Assembly: GCA_002269645.1 (NCBI GenBank)
Contig: NIVC01000756.1
Coordinates: forward strand, 1-50,286
From: Macrostomum lignano
Lineage: Eukaryota
Direction of reading: 5' to 3'
DNA: 50,286 nucleotides
Part shown: piece after piece, positions 47,950 to 50,286 of the stretch
Layout of the letters: every line of letters starts with the position of its first letter
How positions within the stretch are numbered: the stretch's first letter is position 1
Program-made: the position numbers and the translations under genes
The notes under the pieces: generated by a model
The model's database searches: none
What the model saw: only the letters and a program-made list of their open reading frames with translations
What the model was told of the DNA's origin: nothing

Positions 47950-48394
47950 TTAGCTACGCTTGGCCTGACTCCAGACTCTGCCGCCGCCGCCGCCGCGCCC
48001 GCGCCTGGCGACCCCGTTGCCAACCGGGCAGTACTTGACGGTGTGCGCGGCCGTGGCGTGGCAGATCGGGCACTCGTAGCTCTGCAGCACCGGGCAGACG
48101 ACGTCCCCGTTGCCGTCCTTGACGGTGTGGCCGCGGTAGAACGACTCGGGCTCGTTGTTCTTCTTGCAGAACACGCCACAGCACTGGGCGGTAGGGCCGG
48201 CGCTCGTGCTTCTGCAGGATGGCCCGAAGCTGCTCGTGCTGCTGAGGGGCTCCGACGGGCAGCAGCGGCTGGAGGAACGACTTCGGCTTCGGGCTCGGGT
48301 CGATGCTAGCGGCGACGCTGCTGCCGCTATCGGCGCTATAGGTGCCCTGCACCAGCACCGGCTCGCTGCTGCATGGCGGGTGGTGACCGACGGA
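47950..48394 (-). CDS. nanos: Nanos-family CCHC zinc-finger RNA-binding protein, main exon
   Basis: VFCKKNNEPESFYRGHTVKDGNGDVVCPVLQSYECPICHATAAHTVKYCP is a zf-nanos domain. Acceptor ctgatctttcatcactccAG at 48396-48395 and stop TAA at 47952-47950. A probable extra base lies at 48176-48177. Confidence 0.88.
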
Positions 48395-48600
48395 CTGGAG
48401 TGATGAAAGATCAGCACCAGCAGGATGTCAACATGTCAAAGTTGTTAAAGCCTAAATCTGCACTCTATAGACTACATACATTTGTAGTTGTCATTTACAC
48501 TTGTGCCAATATGACAGTTACTAAATAACTGGTATGATTCTATTCTACTCATATCATATCATGGAATATAAACCGAGTCAGCATATTTAAAAATATTTAC

Positions 48601-48668
48601 CTGTCCTTCTGCAAAGCCAGAAACAGTAGCTGCAGCTGCAGCTCGATTTCGTATGGAAATTCTGACAT
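48601..48668 (-). CDS. nanos: Candidate first coding exon of nanos
   Basis: ATG at 48668 gives MSEFPYEIELQLQLLFLALQKD+AG, then donor CAG|GTAAAT. Spliced as written it gives a 170-aa open frame ending in the zinc fingers. Confidence 0.5.
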
Positions 48669-49414
48669 AATTGAACAAAAAATGCTGGTTGATAAATGAT
48701 TACCAGTTTTGCTACAGTTGAACTATGGGCAGAGCAGCAGGGTGGATGGAATAGAAAGGAATTGAGAAAACTCCCAAGGTTTAAGTCAAGGTTTACCCGC
48801 CAATCAATCCGTGCCTCCCCCCTCCCCGGTCGGTGATTGGCTGAGCGGAAGAATTCAAGATGCTAACGATTTAAATTTGCTAATATTTTCAATACAGCCT
48901 ACTGGTAGTAGAATGGCAAGCTCTTCAACTTTGTCTGATTAATTGATAAAGTTTTAATGGAGAAGGATATCTCGCAATGAGTTTATCATTGCAATTGCAA
49001 ATTTCTTGATTCTACAAAAAGTACACATTGTCGTATGTTTTCGAGTTATCATGCTTGTTAGACATTTTACTTTGTCTTTTGCCAGGTCTTAACACTCACA
49101 TCACATCAACTTGTATTGAAAGTCGCTATGCCCCTGGCCCTCTGCAGAGTTCTAGCTTGCCTTGCTGTACATTTATCTGCCCTCACAGGTCACAAAATCC
49201 ACTCGTATAAATTAAACAGAAGATAGTGGTCTAAGTGGACGTTATTTCGTTCACTTTTTTTCTTATCTTCATATTCATATTTAGGTGCAGCAAATTTTGT
49301 TTCACTATTTTCCTCTTCATTTCAATTCAACTCATTGTTCTTTTTTAGGATCTGGCTGGGCGTCTGTTTGATATACATGAAGTAGAAACAGGATTAGAAT
49401 TAGAAACGAGCTGC

Positions 49415-49597
49415 CACAGCACATCACAGCAAAGCAATAGCACAGCACAGCAAGCACAGCACAGCACAGCACAGCACAGCACAGCAAAGCACAGCACAGC
49501 ACAGCACAGCACAGAACATCACATCACAGCACAGCACATCACAGTCACAGGTCACAGCATGTGATGTGCTGTGATATGATGTGCTGTGCTGTGCTTG
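49415..49597. repeat. (CACAG)n microsatellite with an inverted copy (fold-back)
   Basis: The right arm 49560-49597 is the reverse complement of the 49451-49543 pattern. Confidence 0.85.
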
Positions 49598-50286
49598 TTT
49601 TATATCTTGATGTTAATCGTTTTGCAGTTCGTTAATAAAAAAACTCCAATTTCCAATAAAGTGAAATTTTGAAGCAATTAAAAATCTCAGCAGGATATCA
49701 AAAATGCAAAATTTGGCTTCGGCCAGGAATCTGAATTTGTATAATTGTCACATTTACAATATCTGAATCATTTAACATCACTTGACCCAGAAAAGCCCAG
49801 ACCTCCCCAAAGCAAGAGTAGACAGAAAATTTGTTTTGTTAATGTGTACAGCTGCTTCTATTGCACTTGAGCTGCCTTTTTTGCTAAAGAATTTTATCCA
49901 GACTATAAGCTAAATCTTACAAACTTAGAGAAACATGTTAGCAAATTAATTTTTTAGAAACCAACAGTTGAAACAGATAAGGAAAAGTTCGGGCCCATCA
50001 CGCAAGGCGTGGAATGGTCCTGTCGTGACTTGTTACAAAAGAGGCATAATAAATCTCAACCCCTTCTTCCGCCCCGCCTCAAACTTAATGGTTGTAGTTT
50101 GGTTTAATCGTTCAGTCGCCCCCCCCGAGACCCCCCACAGTGCCAACCAGCCAAGCAGTCACACCACCACCACCCACCCCAACTCACACCATTCCAAAGG
50201 ACCCCTGTCCGCTTAAGCATTCAAACAAAATCAAGGCGCCGAGTGATTTATCTAAAACGGAAGGCTTTGTCCCAATTCATGCAAAC

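Overview
Animal genomic DNA with GC-rich, intron-containing genes and about 26 unrelated tandem-repeat arrays covering roughly 30% of the window. This style suggests a Macrostomum-like flatworm (inference only). Five protein-coding loci are supported. (1) A calmodulin-like EF-hand gene on the minus strand runs off the window start; I reconstructed upstream exons to about 15.9 kb, with up to three alternative N-termini. (2) An intact 3-exon UBXN6 (minus, 449 aa). (3) An intronless ARL6/BBS3 (plus, one 1-bp frameshift). (4) A 2-exon tetraspanin-like four-TM protein lacking the CCG motif (plus). (5) A nanos gene (minus) with anomalous zinc-finger spacing and two Pumilio elements in its 3'UTR. Four DNA-transposon derivatives were found by eye: an internally deleted Tc1/mariner element keeping an in-frame HTH plus C-terminal fusion ORF, a 292-bp hAT MITE inside a minisatellite, a 1.1-kb decayed hAT element, and a 311-bp Mutator-like MITE. 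The most unusual signal is a sharply bounded 3.1-kb domain between UBXN6 and ARL6 with only 3 CpGs, where the hAT subterminal repeats show CG>TG/CA/TA hypermutation. There is no CRISPR array, rRNA or tRNA. Most long ORFs in the supplied track are repeat or antisense artefacts. All exon structures are manual predictions without RNA data.
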